DNA of 64,000 nt from a virus (lineage: Duplodnaviria; Caudoviricetes): IMG/VR virus record IMGVR_UViG_2825118518_000002, positions 1-64,000 of that record; one strand, 5' to 3'. Every line of letters begins with the position of its first letter. The stretch's first letter is position 1. The position numbers and the translations under genes were made by a program. The notes beneath the pieces are model-generated. The model saw only the letters and a program-made list of their open reading frames with translations, had not been told where the DNA came from and made no database searches. This document shows, piece by piece, positions 1 through 8,894 of the stretch.

Positions 1-594
1 TCACCCAACCCTCGCCCCGCGTAGCGCGATCAACCCGCGCCGCAGCCAGAGCAATTGCTGCGGCGGCATCTGGCGCAGGTGTTCGTAGTCCATCACCGTG
101 ACGTTATAGACGGTGCTGCGCACCTGCGGGCCGTCCTGGCAGCGCAGCAGGATGCCCTGCAGCGCCATCATGCGGTTGCTGGCTTTGCGGGCGCGGTCGG
201 CGAGGCTTTCGGTGACTTCGCCTTCGTGGCCCTTGACGGAAAAGAGCGATTGCGCCCGCGGGCTCGGGGCCGGGATGCCGGTGGTTTTGTGGTAGCGGGC
301 GATCGCCTCGGCATAGTCGTCGCCGGCCTGGCGCTGCTCTGCGGTGATCAGGCCGTCAAGGAACATGCGCCCCAGCGTATAACCGGCAAAAGGGCTCTTG
401 ACCGTCTCGTCGTCGACCGTCCGGCCGAAGCCGTGGATGCGGCGGCGGGCTGATATCGCGACGCTGATATTGTCCTTCTCGGTCTCGAAGGGCTTGATCT
501 TGCCGCAGGGAAAACGCTCGACATTTGCCTTGCGCGGCCGGCCGGCGCCCTTGTTTGCCCGCTGTGTCCTGACCTTGGCTGCTTTGCCACCCAT
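1..594 (-). CDS. Phage hypothetical protein, possible late-gene regulator
   Basis: 197-aa ORF, basic N-terminus with GRPRK, follows small regulators in the operon. Confidence 0.65.
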   Translation of the reverse strand: MGGKAAKVRTQRANKGAGRPRKANVERFPCGKIKPFETEKDNISVAISARRRIHGFGRTVDDETVKSPFAGYTLGRMFLDGLITAEQRQAGDDYAEAIARYHKTTGIPAPSPRAQSLFSVKGHEGEVTESLADRARKASNRMMALQGILLRCQDGPQVRSTVYNVTVMDYEHLRQMPPQQLLWLRRGLIALRGARVG

Positions 595-607
595 GCTGAT
601 TGTCCTT

Positions 608-805
608 CTATCGAATAATGCCGTTGCGCTGTGCGGCGGCGACCAGTGCGGTATCCTTGAAGACGCCGAGTCTCGCCTTGGCGTTGGCGATGTGCGTATT
701 CACGGTGATGGGGGAGATGCCGAGAATGGTGCCGATCTCGGCGGCGGTCTTTCCGGCCGCCATCCAGCCGATGATTTCGGTTTCGCGCGGGGTGGGCTGG
801 CTCAT
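608..805 (-). CDS. LuxR-type HTH protein (stand-alone domain)
   Basis: TPRETEIIGWMAAGKTAAEIGTILGISPITVNTHIANAKARLG matches the GerE/LuxR HTH pattern. Confidence 0.9.
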   Translation of the reverse strand: MSQPTPRETEIIGWMAAGKTAAEIGTILGISPITVNTHIANAKARLGVFKDTALVAAAQRNGIIR

Positions 806-1095
806 GATGCCGGCCCATCGATGCAGGGCACGCGCGGCATCGTCACCTCAGCACCCGACAAGGTCACCCGCGTGACGCGGTCGGGGTGGCGGATCGGTGC
901 CGGCGCCTCGCAGGTCTCGGGCGGCGGCCGGGTGACCTGCCTTGCGGGGAACCTGTCGCGGTTGCGGTGCGCCATGTTGATGACGGTGTTCTTCTTCGAG
1001 CCGAACAGGTTGGCGATCTCTCTTGCCGAGAGCCCCTGCTGCCAGAGCTTCTGCGCCTTGACGATCTTGTCTTCCGTCCAGAACAGGCTTCTCAC
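802..1095 (-). CDS. GcrA-like HTH protein
   Basis: WTEDKIVKAQKLWQQGLSAREIANLFG..KNTVINMAHR resembles the GcrA N-terminal domain; GTG start overlaps upstream stop. Confidence 0.75.
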   Translation of the reverse strand: MRSLFWTEDKIVKAQKLWQQGLSAREIANLFGSKKNTVINMAHRNRDRFPARQVTRPPPETCEAPAPIRHPDRVTRVTLSGAEVTMPRVPCIDGPAS

Positions 1096-1529
1096 CTCAA
1101 TGCCTCCTCGTGTCGTGTGGCTCGTGCAATGATCGGGTTGTCGGGAAACATCTTCGCCAGCTCCCGCCTGGCGCTGCGGCTGCCATTCGCGGCGTCGCGC
1201 AAGAGCTGCAGCTTGTAGGCCGCGACCTTCGGCTGCGGCGGCTCGGGCGCCGGCGCGACGCGCGGGCGGCTTTGCGCCGTTATCGCCGCCTGCTGCCGGC
1301 GGCATTGCTCGGCGAAACTGGCCGAGCTCGGTGCGAAGGCGCGGTTATGATTCCTGACCTTGCCTGAAATGAACAGTTTGGCCGCCTGCCAGACGGCCTC
1401 CAGCGGGATGCCGTCGATGGCGAGGAGATAGGCGCGGATCTGCATGTCGGGATCAGTGCCTGATGATGCCGGGAAACCCGAAAGCATCCCCGCTATGATC
1501 TTCACCGGAGAGGAAATCTCTTGCGGCAT
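1092..1529 (-). CDS. Phage hypothetical protein (replication region)
   Basis: 145-aa ORF coupled to neighbours. Confidence 0.65.
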   Translation of the reverse strand: MPQEISSPVKIIAGMLSGFPASSGTDPDMQIRAYLLAIDGIPLEAVWQAAKLFISGKVRNHNRAFAPSSASFAEQCRRQQAAITAQSRPRVAPAPEPPQPKVAAYKLQLLRDAANGSRSARRELAKMFPDNPIIARATRHEEALR

Positions 1530-1845
1530 CGACTGTCGTCCTTCTCGTGCTGCTGTTGATCGACCCGGCTTCCCTCGCCTTCTCCTTGAGGTACCAGTCG
1601 CATTTGATCGCCTGCCAGCCGCGGAAGATCTGCATCTCGGCAGCGCCGGCCGGATCGCCGGTCAGCAGATATTCCCTGGCCTGGATGCGGGCGGCGTAAG
1701 CCGTCAGCGGCTTCCTCAGCGTGCGCCTGCGATGCTCGATGACGGCCGCCGCCAGCTCTTCCCCCAGCACCGGGCTGAGGATGTCCATGATGTCCTTGCT
1801 CATTGTGTCCTTCGCCATGCCGTTTTCCCTTCTCCCGCCGCTCAA
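1453..1845 (-). CDS. Phage hypothetical protein, possible replication-protein remnant
   Basis: 130-aa ORF, ATGA overlap with upstream gene. Confidence 0.55.
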   Translation of the reverse strand: MSGGRRENGMAKDTMSKDIMDILSPVLGEELAAAVIEHRRRTLRKPLTAYAARIQAREYLLTGDPAGAAEMQIFRGWQAIKCDWYLKEKAREAGSINSSTRRTTVDAARDFLSGEDHSGDAFGFPGIIRH

Positions 1846-2093
1846 ACCTGCCGCCGCTGCCCGCCGGCAAAATTCACCGGCGTGCCCGGCCTAATCCGAT
1901 GCGGAAAGCGGCGGATCTCCGCGCCGGCATGATCCTGCTGGGCGGTATCGCCCCTCTCGGCGCTTCGAAGCCGGTGGATCTCGCTTTCCACCGAAGGCAC
2001 CGACATGCCGAGAATGGCTGCGATTTCGATGTAGTCCCTGCCGGTGCGGAAGAGCTCGAGCGCGTTCATGCCGGGATGATCCTTCTTGTCCAT
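1842..2093 (-). CDS. Small HTH protein
   Basis: GRDYIEIAAILGMSVPSVESEIHRLR HTH-like. Confidence 0.65.
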   Translation of the reverse strand: MDKKDHPGMNALELFRTGRDYIEIAAILGMSVPSVESEIHRLRSAERGDTAQQDHAGAEIRRFPHRIRPGTPVNFAGGQRRQV

Positions 2094-2229
2094 TTCGGGC
2101 GCAGCGGGCCGTTGCCGCCGAAGCGGGCGCTGCCAGCTGCTTCATGTGAGTTCATCGGCGGCGATGGCCGCCCGGAAATAGCTGCCGGCGTCGCCGAGGG
2201 AGGGCGACGACGCCGGCCACCGAGAGCCG

Positions 2230-2481
2230 TCAGGGAGGCGTGAGGCTGTCGGGATCGGTGAGCGCAGACGCGCCGGGTCGATCGGCTGTCTGCCGCATCT
2301 CCTTCGGGCTGGTCTGCCGGCCGCAATTTTCGCAATGGTGCTCGATCACCTCGGCGATCGACAGCGCCTTGCCGCAGTTCGGGCAGCCGGTGTAGCGGGC
2401 GTTTTCGCGCTGGAATGGACCGACTGTCGCCTGGATGGAGGCGTTGATGTTTTGGCTGTTTGTCATGCGTATAGGGTACAT
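2230..2481 (-). CDS. Small zinc-ribbon protein at the cro position
   Basis: CPNC...CENC; divergent from repressor; start uncertain. Confidence 0.5.
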   Translation of the reverse strand: MYPIRMTNSQNINASIQATVGPFQRENARYTGCPNCGKALSIAEVIEHHCENCGRQTSPKEMRQTADRPGASALTDPDSLTPP

Positions 2482-2549
2482 TTAATACCCCGCACGTCAA
2501 GCAGAAAAAAGCATGACATATACCCTGGAATGGGGTATTTTTTATATCA
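2474..2549. promoter_or_regulatory. Repressor operators (OR-like), GGGTA-N7-TACCY
   Basis: GGGTAcatttaaTACCC 2474-2490; partial copies 2509-2525 and 2533-2549. Confidence 0.7.
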
Positions 2550-3196
2550 TGTTGAAAGATCAGGAACAATTTGAGCGCGAAGAACGCGCAAAGCGGCTGG
2601 TCATGGCCCGGAAAAACGCGGGCTTTGCCGGGCCGAAAGCGATCGTCGACCGGTTCGGCTGGAATGCGAATGTCTACAAGGCGCATGAGTCCGGCCGCAA
2701 CGGCTTCGGAATTGCCGATGCGAAGAAATACGCCCGCGCCTTCAAGGTCAATCTCAACTGGCTGCAGTTCGGCACCGGCAATGCGCTCGATCCGGATGAG
2801 CTGCCGGTCTCTGTCGCCGACGTGCCGAAGATCTCCTGGGTCAGCGCCGGCCAGCTGAGCGAGCAGGCGCCGATCACCGACTTTTCGGAATTCCCGACGG
2901 TGGCCGCCCTCGATCTGCCTGATGGCGAATGGATCGCGCTCGAGGTCGAAGGCAATTCGATGAACAAGATCTCGCCGCCGGGCTCGATCATCTTCGTCAA
3001 CCTTCGCGACAAGCGCCTGGCGCCGAACGCGCTTTATGTCGTCGCCGACGAGACGGGGGCTGCCACCTACAAGCGCTATCGCCCGAACGACAACCCGCCC
3101 TTTCAGCCCGCTTCTTATGAGGACGTGCCGCCGCCGGATTTCCAGGGCGTCGTCACCATCGTCGGCCGCGTCCGCCGGTCGATCATCGAGATGTAG
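2549..3196 (+). CDS. cI-like phage repressor (XRE HTH + S24 autopeptidase)
   Basis: N-terminal HTH, AG cleavage site (VSAG), VEGNSM serine motif, TYKRY lysine; start could be 2513. Confidence 0.9.
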   Translation: MLKDQEQFEREERAKRLVMARKNAGFAGPKAIVDRFGWNANVYKAHESGRNGFGIADAKKYARAFKVNLNWLQFGTGNALDPDELPVSVADVPKISWVSAGQLSEQAPITDFSEFPTVAALDLPDGEWIALEVEGNSMNKISPPGSIIFVNLRDKRLAPNALYVVADETGAATYKRYRPNDNPPFQPASYEDVPPPDFQGVVTIVGRVRRSIIEM

Positions 3197-3922
3197 GCAT
3201 CCATGCTCGTTGCGAACAAGCCATATTTATCAAGGAAAACAAGACGATCCTCCCTTCCTCTCGCGCCGGCAGAATCTGGTTCCATATCGTCACATTAGCG
3301 GCGCTTCTCCTGGCCTTCAGCGCCACGCGCGAAATGTACGGCCTGTAGGATCCCACTCGATTTCCCCGATCCGGCAACCAGGATCGCGAGAGCATCCTTT
3401 CTTCCGAAATCAAAAAATGCAAAAGCTCCGGACGTCGTCCACGCACCGCCGCGTTACCGCCGGGATGGAGCGAATGGCTGCGAGAATATCCTTGGCAGCC
3501 CTCCCCCACGACTCCAAATTCGGCGACCCCAAGACCCGGGCCCGGTCACCCTCGCCGGCGATTTCGATCTCGTTGCGCTTGCCGTTTTTCTCGCAGCATC
3601 AGACTCCAAGAGAATCTTGTTTCTACCTCTCTGTCTTCGCTTCTGAAGGCTGGTGAGGGAGGGTTCCGGCCAAAGCTTCCCCCTACCCCATGAGCAAAGC
3701 CCATGAAGCCGGGAGAGCATTGGCCAGGTCCTGAAGGCCGGAGCCGGGATGGGACACGTGCCAGAGGGGCCATTCGCTTCGCCCTCGTCCTGATTTTCTG
3801 ACAGCGCACTTAAGGACTTTCGCTTCCCGCGCCGCTGGGCTTCGTCAGCTCGGGAGTTGCACCCGGTCGCCCAATCACTGGCGACACACATACGCCTATG
3901 ATTCGTACCTCGTCAATCAAAA

Positions 3923-3974
3923 GGGTATTTTTTATACCTGATGCGGTTGACGATTTGGGGTATTATATATACCT
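3923..3974. promoter_or_regulatory. Repressor operators (OL-like), two copies
   Basis: GGGTAttttttaTACCT 3923-3939 and GGGTAttatataTACCT 3958-3974, TTGACG between them. Confidence 0.75.
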
Positions 3975-4016
3975 TCCTCTTATGAGCCAATTAGAGGCGC
4001 GTGAGAGGACAGGGCG

Positions 4017-4280
4017 ATGCAGCACATCCGCAATATCGAGACCGTGGAAAGCAGGCGCGACGCCCGCTGGAATGGCGCGCTGGGGATGGGAGACTGCAGC
4101 GCCTATATGGCGATCGAGGCGCAGCGCATGGGCGCCCTCGGCTTTGCCTTCCTGCGCCGCCCCGAACATTTAATCCGCGGCCCCTCCTGGCTGCGCGGCG
4201 CCCGCGCCTCCGTCGAGGAGCATTACCGCTATGCCCGCGAGATCATGGGCATGACCGATCGCGATCAGCTTTACGCCTGA
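4017..4280 (+). CDS. Phage hypothetical protein
   Basis: RBS GAGGA; first gene after the operators. Confidence 0.7.
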   Translation: MQHIRNIETVESRRDARWNGALGMGDCSAYMAIEAQRMGALGFAFLRRPEHLIRGPSWLRGARASVEEHYRYAREIMGMTDRDQLYA

Positions 4281-4292
4281 GGGGGAACGGAG

Positions 4293-4520
4293 ATGTCTGC
4301 CGATTGCATCGTCAAGGCCTTTTCCGGCTGCGCCTGCCCGCCGGGTGAATGCGCGCAAAAGCCCCTCACCCCGGCGCCGGTCACCTTCATTTCCTGGCGC
4401 AAGCAGGCCATCACCTGCCTCACCTTCGGCTTCCTCGCCGCGATCATTTCGGCCGCCTGGATGGAGACACAGTTCAAGTACCAGGACCGCGCCAATCAGG
4501 AGCTGATGTCATGGAAGTGA
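4293..4520 (+). CDS. Small membrane protein
   Basis: One hydrophobic segment; RBS upstream. Confidence 0.6.
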   Translation: MSADCIVKAFSGCACPPGECAQKPLTPAPVTFISWRKQAITCLTFGFLAAIISAAWMETQFKYQDRANQELMSWK

Positions 4521-4546
4521 ACCGGAGCTTAGCCCAGCCTCACCGA

Positions 4547-4786
4547 TCAGGAACTATATTTGATGTCGCTCGCCTTGGCGGCGGTAATGAAGGCACGGCG
4601 CACCTGCTCGGGCTCGGCGGCATCGTTGAACACATCAAGCACAAGCCGCTCGGCAACCTTGGCCGCCGGCGTCTGGTCGGGCCAATCGTTCAGCAAAGTG
4701 TTGCCGGCCTGGACGACGTTATAGACCGTCCTCACCTTGCCATTGATGGTGATCTTCACCGGCTTGAAGCTTCGTCGCTTGCTCAT
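4547..4786 (-). CDS. DUF982-family protein
   Basis: FKPVKI...LLNDWP...VRRAFITAAKASDI pattern typical of rhizobial DUF982. Confidence 0.75.
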   Translation of the reverse strand: MSKRRSFKPVKITINGKVRTVYNVVQAGNTLLNDWPDQTPAAKVAERLVLDVFNDAAEPEQVRRAFITAAKASDIKYSS

Positions 4787-5068
4787 GGCCCAGTATCTCA
4801 CACGGAACGCGACTCAACGAATCACTTTGGGACTCGTTCCGGTTGATTCGAAAACCGACGCATTGAACCGCGATCTGGCAACGCCGAGATCAACCGCGCT
4901 GCTGCTCAACCGCGTCGTTATAACTTTCCTGCAGAAAAATTATAACTGAAGAGAAGAGCGAGCTCGCGATGCCCTTCTACGGCAAAGGGACCGATCTGAA
5001 GCTGATCTAAACCCTACATCCCCAATGAGATCGTGATATGGTTGGTGTCTGAGGCGGGAGAAAGAACT

Positions 5069-6649
5069 ATGCTGAAAAATCATATAGTTCTGGCGGTTGG
5101 CACGCTTATGGTTTTTGTGAGCCACGCAGTAGCGATTGCCGATCCGCTCCCCAAAGGTTTCGAACGCCACAAGTTCAACGGATCGGTCAGGCCAGAGGTC
5201 AAGGACGGCGTGACCCGGTTTGAGATATTCGACCGTCAATGTTCCAATGTCGATTATGGCGATGGACGCGGCGAAAATGATTGCCGCAATGGCAACGTCC
5301 GCTCAACGATTCGCTATACGCGAGACATGAGGGTTGGCGAAAGCGTCGAATACAAGTTTGATTTCCGGCTCGATCCGACCTTTGCCTACAAAGGCTGGCA
5401 CAACAACTCCGCCAATGGCTTTTATCCCGATGGCTGGGACAGCCATTTGCGTTTCGCCTCCTGGGAAGGACCGGCAATCCACAATTTCATCTACATGCTG
5501 AAAGCCGACACGCGCAACGGCGTGAACTTTCTCGCCCGCCAGTGCCAAAAACCGCAAGATTTCGGCAAATGGGCGACATTCTCGCTGAAAATCCGATGGG
5601 CAAACGATGAGAGCGGATGGGTTACGGCAAGCTGCGACAACAAGGTGATCTACGCCGCCGAAGGCGAAGCAACCAACCAAGCTCCGCATTGCTGGGAATC
5701 GAACGAGTGCGAGCCGCAATCAAACCGCGACCCGAAATCATTCAACTTCATTCTCGGCCCGGTGATGATGGGTTGGGGCGGTGACTGGAAGAGCTATGAC
5801 CATCATACGTCCCAGTTTGACGTGGTGCAGCCGGATGGTATCGGCATCGATGTCCGCAATATCAGTGTGACCCGCGGTGTCAGCGACTATTCCGCTGAAC
5901 AAACAGGTTTGCTCAAGAGGCTGCAGCAGCAACTGGCTCGTTTGGGCTGCAAACCAGGGAATCTCGAGGGCAGGCCTGACAAGGCAACGCGGCAAGCCGC
6001 GCTCTCTTGCCGCAAGTTCGAGAGCGGTTCGCTTCCCCAAGCGCTCAACCTCACGACGCTGCAAGCCTTCGCTGACGCCTATGCCAAGCCGGAGACGGCA
6101 AGTCTGCCTTCAGGCAACGCCGCGGGTGCCGAAAGCGTTTCGTCAAAACCGAGGACCTACATCAAGCTCGGCGAAATGCTTGCCATGAAGACGGGTAAGG
6201 ACACAAAGGTGAATTCCAACTTCTTTGGCAAGATCAAAGGCGCCAAGAAGGGGCAGAACGAGCTGGACTTCATTATCCTGGGTCAGTTCGACTACACGGA
6301 CAACAGTTTCAGCCAGCTGTCATTTCTCCTGCAGGACAATCTCTCCAAGGCCGAAGTGAATGCGGCGGCCAAGTGCGGCTATGGGACAATCAGATTTCCA
6401 GACGGCACAGATCATTTGGAGATCGGCATGCAACGTTCAGGAAACACCTTCTCGTCCCCGCCAAGAACTGACTGCTTGATTCACGCGCTCGGCAAACGAC
6501 CGGCATCGCAGGTTCCCTACCTCACCACCGGGTTTGCCGATCTGGCGAAATCAATGGTCTCCGACGGCGGCTGGAAGAAACTGAGGCATGAAGGTTTGAA
6601 GATTTTTGTGAAACGTGTTGCGGATGGCGAGATCACAGTCGGCGGCTGA
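5069..6649 (+). CDS. Secreted polysaccharide-lyase-like protein with peptidoglycan-binding-like segment
   Basis: Signal peptide; beta-rich domain (RSTIRY..YKFDFRLD); LQQQLARLGCKPG..EG PG-binding-like motif. Confidence 0.55.
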   Translation: MLKNHIVLAVGTLMVFVSHAVAIADPLPKGFERHKFNGSVRPEVKDGVTRFEIFDRQCSNVDYGDGRGENDCRNGNVRSTIRYTRDMRVGESVEYKFDFRLDPTFAYKGWHNNSANGFYPDGWDSHLRFASWEGPAIHNFIYMLKADTRNGVNFLARQCQKPQDFGKWATFSLKIRWANDESGWVTASCDNKVIYAAEGEATNQAPHCWESNECEPQSNRDPKSFNFILGPVMMGWGGDWKSYDHHTSQFDVVQPDGIGIDVRNISVTRGVSDYSAEQTGLLKRLQQQLARLGCKPGNLEGRPDKATRQAALSCRKFESGSLPQALNLTTLQAFADAYAKPETASLPSGNAAGAESVSSKPRTYIKLGEMLAMKTGKDTKVNSNFFGKIKGAKKGQNELDFIILGQFDYTDNSFSQLSFLLQDNLSKAEVNAAAKCGYGTIRFPDGTDHLEIGMQRSGNTFSSPPRTDCLIHALGKRPASQVPYLTTGFADLAKSMVSDGGWKKLRHEGLKIFVKRVADGEITVGG

Positions 6650-6732
6650 GGCCGCAGCACAGCGCCGCACGTTCCTCCCTCACGGGTTGGGGAACATCCC
6701 CGGGAGATTTTTTGCTGATATCAGCGGAAACG

Positions 6733-6757
6733 AAAAACCCCGCCGGAGCGGGGTTTC
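6733..6757 (-). terminator. Intrinsic terminator downstream of tRNA 3' end
   Basis: AAACCCCGC-cgga-GCGGGGTTT hairpin with A/T run. Confidence 0.8.
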
Positions 6758-6758
6758 T

Positions 6759-6807
6759 AGCTGGTCGGAGTGGAGTGATTCGAACACTCGACCCCCACGT
6801 CCCGAAC
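6759..6807 (-). repeat. att core, left copy: 3' part of tRNA-Pro(CGG)
   Basis: 49 bp identical to 59354-59402; minus strand reads anticodon loop TTCGGGA, T-arm, CCA; 5' half absent. Confidence 0.95.
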
Positions 6808-6827
6808 ACGATACATAAGTAATGTTG

Positions 6828-8171
6828 TTACGCTGCCTTCTTTGATTTCATTGATCTTTTTGAAAACGGGATAACGGCTGGTTTCGTCTCGTTTTTCGTC
6901 ATTCTGTCGGTAACCGTCGGTGCGGATTGCTGATAGCTCCATCCGTCGTAGCCATCCACATTGTATTTGTCGCGCCCGGCATGGCCGCGAGTCATCGCCA
7001 GATCGATTCCCGTCTGATGGTGAGTGCGGTGCTTGCCATAGACGCGCTCAAGGACTTCGAGGGACATGCCCAAGAATCCGCTGATGTCATGAATGGACAG
7101 CTCGGGCTGGCGCATGAGCCATGTCGCAGCCGTGTGCCTTAGTGTATGTCCGACAACCTTGCGCTGCTCTCCGAAGACGGCGTTTTTCACAGACGAAAAC
7201 GCCCGGACATCGATCACCTGCTCACCGTTATACTCAATCGGGTACCGAGCGCCCTTGTCATACCAGCGGCGCATATGTGCCAGAAGTCGTCGGGGGATGC
7301 GGATCGTGGGGGCGCGTTTGTTCGCGGCTACGACCTCTCCCGGCGCGGCTCTGTGATACTCTCCGCGGCGCAGATCGATCCATGGCTTGCCTTCCTCGCG
7401 AACGAAACTGGCTCGCACGATGCGATCTTTGCGAGTGCCTGTATATAAGGCAATCAAGACATAACGGCACACATGCCGCCACGGATAGAAACTGGTAGCG
7501 ACGACCCGACCTGCCAGTCCGGTGTCCGCCGATTTTGTGGCATTGTGCGTGTAATTGCGACGATGCCGCCACGCTTTCCAGAGCAACATGGCGACCTCGT
7601 CGCGTTCCAGAAATTCCTCGCGTGGCTTCGCCTTCGGCGGCAGCGTGACCTTCACGGCCGCACGCAGGACCCCGTCGGCATGTGCCTGGTTCACCGCGTT
7701 ACGGAGGTAGTCCAGACGATTGCGAGCGGCGAGCGGCGAGCGGCATGTTTCGGTGAACTTGCGGCAGTTCTCCTTCGTGATCTCATCGACGGTCTTGTCA
7801 CCCCACCATTCGAGCAGATCCTCCATGTATTTCAGGATCTCGTTCGGGCGCGAAAACGGCTTGTATTCCGAGCCTGGCTTGGGCGGCAGCCGTTCCTCGA
7901 TGAAGTGCGCGATGATGTCGGCGATAGGCACCTCATCGGCCTTGCGATCCTTCTGGATTGGCTCGTCAGACAGCTTTTCCGTCAGCCATTTGGAGAAGTA
8001 TTTTTGCGCTGCTTCAGCTTCGCTAGGGCCAAATCCCGTGCTGAACTTAACTGTTTTTCCCTTTCCCTCGTCATAATATTTGACGACCCACTTTGCGGCT
8101 TCGGTGCTACCGTTCTTGTTCTTGCGCTCTGCTTCGAGCTGGAGCCGAGGGGGTTCGCGACGTCTTGCCAT
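6828..8171 (-). CDS. int: Tyrosine integrase
   Basis: YTGTR, HTLRH, LGMS..VYGKH catalytic motifs; ends 21 bp from att; start taken at MARRREPP. Confidence 0.95.
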   Translation of the reverse strand: MARRREPPRLQLEAERKNKNGSTEAAKWVVKYYDEGKGKTVKFSTGFGPSEAEAAQKYFSKWLTEKLSDEPIQKDRKADEVPIADIIAHFIEERLPPKPGSEYKPFSRPNEILKYMEDLLEWWGDKTVDEITKENCRKFTETCRSPLAARNRLDYLRNAVNQAHADGVLRAAVKVTLPPKAKPREEFLERDEVAMLLWKAWRHRRNYTHNATKSADTGLAGRVVATSFYPWRHVCRYVLIALYTGTRKDRIVRASFVREEGKPWIDLRRGEYHRAAPGEVVAANKRAPTIRIPRRLLAHMRRWYDKGARYPIEYNGEQVIDVRAFSSVKNAVFGEQRKVVGHTLRHTAATWLMRQPELSIHDISGFLGMSLEVLERVYGKHRTHHQTGIDLAMTRGHAGRDKYNVDGYDGWSYQQSAPTVTDRMTKNETKPAVIPFSKRSMKSKKAA

Positions 8172-8743
8172 GCCATCCATTCCTTGATCAGTGTTCGTGA
8201 AATTCTGTGAGACCCCCGGCGAGACGCGGGGTGAAGCTGCAGCCGTCCCTCTGCGATTGCCGTTCGAACCGCGTAGACGGTCACGGTCTTGCTCGGGATC
8301 GCCGTGCCGTCCGAGAAGAGCCGCCCACCGAGTTCCGGTAGACATACTGCCTCAATGATCGTCAGCGGCTCGTGCGGATCCACATCGCGAAGCTGCTTGG
8401 CCACCGGAACGGGCGGACCCTCGGATTCCAGGTTCAGTGCGCGTCGAATGTCGTTGAGAGCTTCAATGGCGTCGTCTTGATCACGGATCTGCCGAGATAC
8501 GAGGCTCTCGAACTCAATCATGATGCGATCGACTTCACGGTCAAGGGCACTCACGAACGACTGGGTGTCGGGATCGGGGTACGGCCCAAGCATTCCTTTC
8601 GAAGCGAGATAGCTTTCGTATTCGACCGCTTCGCGCTCGTCCTCTTCGAGCTGCCACGCTCTCTCAGCTAGATAGAGTTCACGGTTCCGCTCGGCTTCTT
8701 CGAGCATGTCGACAAACGGCTTAATGTTGACAACGTCAGTCAC
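7982..8743 (-). CDS. Excisionase-like protein with long acidic N-terminus
   Basis: VRTAIAEGRL...ISRTLIKEWM winged-HTH-like C-part; overlaps int start. Confidence 0.6.
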   Translation of the reverse strand: MTDVVNIKPFVDMLEEAERNRELYLAERAWQLEEDEREAVEYESYLASKGMLGPYPDPDTQSFVSALDREVDRIMIEFESLVSRQIRDQDDAIEALNDIRRALNLESEGPPVPVAKQLRDVDPHEPLTIIEAVCLPELGGRLFSDGTAIPSKTVTVYAVRTAIAEGRLQLHPASRRGSHRISRTLIKEWMAWQDVANPLGSSSKQSARTRTVAPKPQSGSSNIMTREREKQLSSARDLALAKLKQRKNTSPNG

Positions 8744-8894
8744 GGACTACTCCGTAATATGTTGACAATGATTTCTGTAATGACACGATTTTTCGATGCC
8801 TTCCGTTTCAGGTTCCCTGGCGAAACCCATAGAAAAGGCATATCGGAACGCGAAAGGTTTGTCCGGGGGATTTCTGTCGGTAAGCGTGGATTAG

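Larger units (their letters stand above)
1..4520. mobile_element. Early/immunity region of a cryptic prophage (continues left of window)
   Basis: cI-like repressor with operators on both sides and a divergent operon of overlapping small phage-type HTH genes; no integrase of its own in view. Confidence 0.7.

Noticed and set aside
6762-6807. Functional tRNA-Pro gene (also 59357-59403)
   Set aside because: Both copies stop in the anticodon arm, with no D-arm or 5' acceptor strand; they are att fragments
7473-8210. Long antisense ORFs (also 36832-37515, 44334-45140, 50959-51759 and others)
   Set aside because: Shadow frames of real GC-rich genes on the opposite strand
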